From NCBI GenBank assembly GCA_965248835.1, contig CBDFLJ010000002.1:512001-576000 (forward strand): 64,000 nt of DNA. Reading direction: 5' to 3'. Origin of the DNA: Alphaproteobacteria bacterium (GTDB lineage Bacteria > Pseudomonadota > Alphaproteobacteria > MPNO01). Under the pieces are notes generated by a model, which saw nothing but the letters and a program-made list of their open reading frames with translations, was not told where the DNA came from and made no database searches. The position numbers were made by a program, and so were the translations under genes. Positions 62,861-64,000 of the stretch are shown piece after piece (within the stretch, counting starts at the first letter, position 1; every line of letters starts with the position of its first letter).

Positions 62861-62977
62861 GACGTCGTCGCGCCGAAGCTTGCGCTTGACAGGTCCCGCC
62901 GCGCCGTGCTTGATCGGACACGGCGACCGACTTGTTCAAGTATTGAATAAATAACAATCCCTTACAGAACGAACTTT

Positions 62978-63718
62978 ATGCCGAAGAAAAAGTCCGGCGG
63001 GCTCTGGGATACCGTCAAGACGATCGTCTATGCGGTCTTGATCGCCTTGGTGATTCGGACCGTGGCCTTCGAGCCGTTCAATATCCCCTCGGGTTCGATG
63101 ATCCCGACCCTGCTGGTCGGCGACTATCTGTTCGTTTCCAAATACTCCTACGGCTACAGCCGCCACTCGCTGCCGCTGAGCCTGCCGCTGATCCCCGGCC
63201 GGCTGTTCATGTCCGAGCCCGAGCGCGGCGATGTCGCGGTCTTCAAGCTGCCGGCCGACAACAAGACGGACTACATCAAGCGGATCATCGGGCTGCCCGG
63301 CGACCGCGTTCAGATGAAGCAGGGCCGGCTTTACGTCAACGGGAAGAGACTTGCGCGCAAGCGGATCGAGGACTTCGTCTTCACCGACGACTACGGCAGG
63401 ATCCTGCGCATCGCCCAGTTCGTCGAGACCCTGCCCGGCGGGCGCACGCACCGCATCCTCGAGTTGACCGACCGCGGCCATCTCGACGACACCCGCGAAT
63501 TTGTCGTACCGCGCGGACATTTCTTCGCTATGGGCGACAACCGGGACAACTCGCTCGACAGCCGTGTGCTCGGCGGCGTCGGCTTCGTCCCGGCGAAGAA
63601 CCTGGTCGGAAGGGCGGAGATCCTGTTCTTCTCGACCAACGGAACGGCGCGCTTGTGGGAATTCTGGCGTTGGCCGATGTCGATTCGCTTCACCCGTTTC
63701 TTCAACCTCGTGGGCTAG
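62978..63718 (+). CDS. lepB: Signal peptidase I
   Basis: SGSM.PTL, YIKR, GDNRDNSLDSR. Confidence 0.97.
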   Translation: MPKKKSGGLWDTVKTIVYAVLIALVIRTVAFEPFNIPSGSMIPTLLVGDYLFVSKYSYGYSRHSLPLSLPLIPGRLFMSEPERGDVAVFKLPADNKTDYIKRIIGLPGDRVQMKQGRLYVNGKRLARKRIEDFVFTDDYGRILRIAQFVETLPGGRTHRILELTDRGHLDDTREFVVPRGHFFAMGDNRDNSLDSRVLGGVGFVPAKNLVGRAEILFFSTNGTARLWEFWRWPMSIRFTRFFNLVG

Positions 63719-63725
63719 GGCGGAC

Positions 63726-64000
63726 TTGGCCCCCGGCAACAGCTTGGCGGAGCTCCAGCAGGCGCTGGGCCATGGCTTCGCCAATCCCACCCTGCTGCGC
63801 CAGGCGGTCACCCATGCCAGCGCCGCCGGCGGGGCCGGGGCCGCGTCGCTGGAACGCCTGGAGTTCCTCGGCGACCGCGTGCTGGGGCTGGCGCTGGCCA
63901 CGATGCTGCTGCGGGAATTTCCCGCCGAAGCCCCCGGCGATCTCGCCCGTCGCCATGCGGCGCTGGCAAGCGGCGAGGCGCTGGCTTCGGTCGGCCGGTC
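63726..64000 (+). CDS. rnc: Ribonuclease III (5' part; runs off the window)
   Basis: A.THAS, ERLEFLGDRVL; follows lepB; TTG start inferred. Confidence 0.92.
   Translation, partial: MAPGNSLAELQQALGHGFANPTLLRQAVTHASAAGGAGAASLERLEFLGDRVLGLALATMLLREFPAEAPGDLARRHAALASGEALASVGR

Overview
A GC-rich alphaproteobacterial chromosome segment, Rhodospirillales-like by gene order (inference). (1) 1-7.9 kb is the right end of a prophage integrated at tRNA-Lys(CTT). A minus-strand siphovirus tail-tip module (gpI/J-like, NlpC/P60, DUF1833, chaperone, RCC1-repeat fibre) abuts a plus-strand early module (ERF, NinB/DUF1367-like, xis, intact tyrosine integrase). Both genes at the ~4.72 kb junction lack their 5' ends, which suggests a large internal deletion or a misassembly. 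(2) 8-26.5 kb is housekeeping: mreBCD-mrdA-rodA, leuA, ilvIHC, miaA, degP-like, hflKC, mrp. (3) 26.5-36.1 kb and 39.2-50 kb are catabolic islets with no transporter or regulator, and several enzymes there have remodelled active sites. They include a Cys-less racemase fold, a dihydroorotase fold missing beta-metal ligands, two metal-ligand-deficient M24 proteins with MmgE/PrpD, an orphan CoxL-like subunit, an archaeal-type CTP-dependent riboflavin kinase, and a Rieske + small protein + amidohydrolase-fold operon resembling dinuclear oxygenases. Two convergent tRNA-Gly genes lie in this region. (4) 50-64 kb is housekeeping: slt, dapA, smpB, udg, NYN, folK, rpoZ, spoT, pdxJ, acpS, lepB, rnc. No CRISPR array, rRNA or IS element was seen. 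All family calls come from motif recognition by eye; no database search was run.
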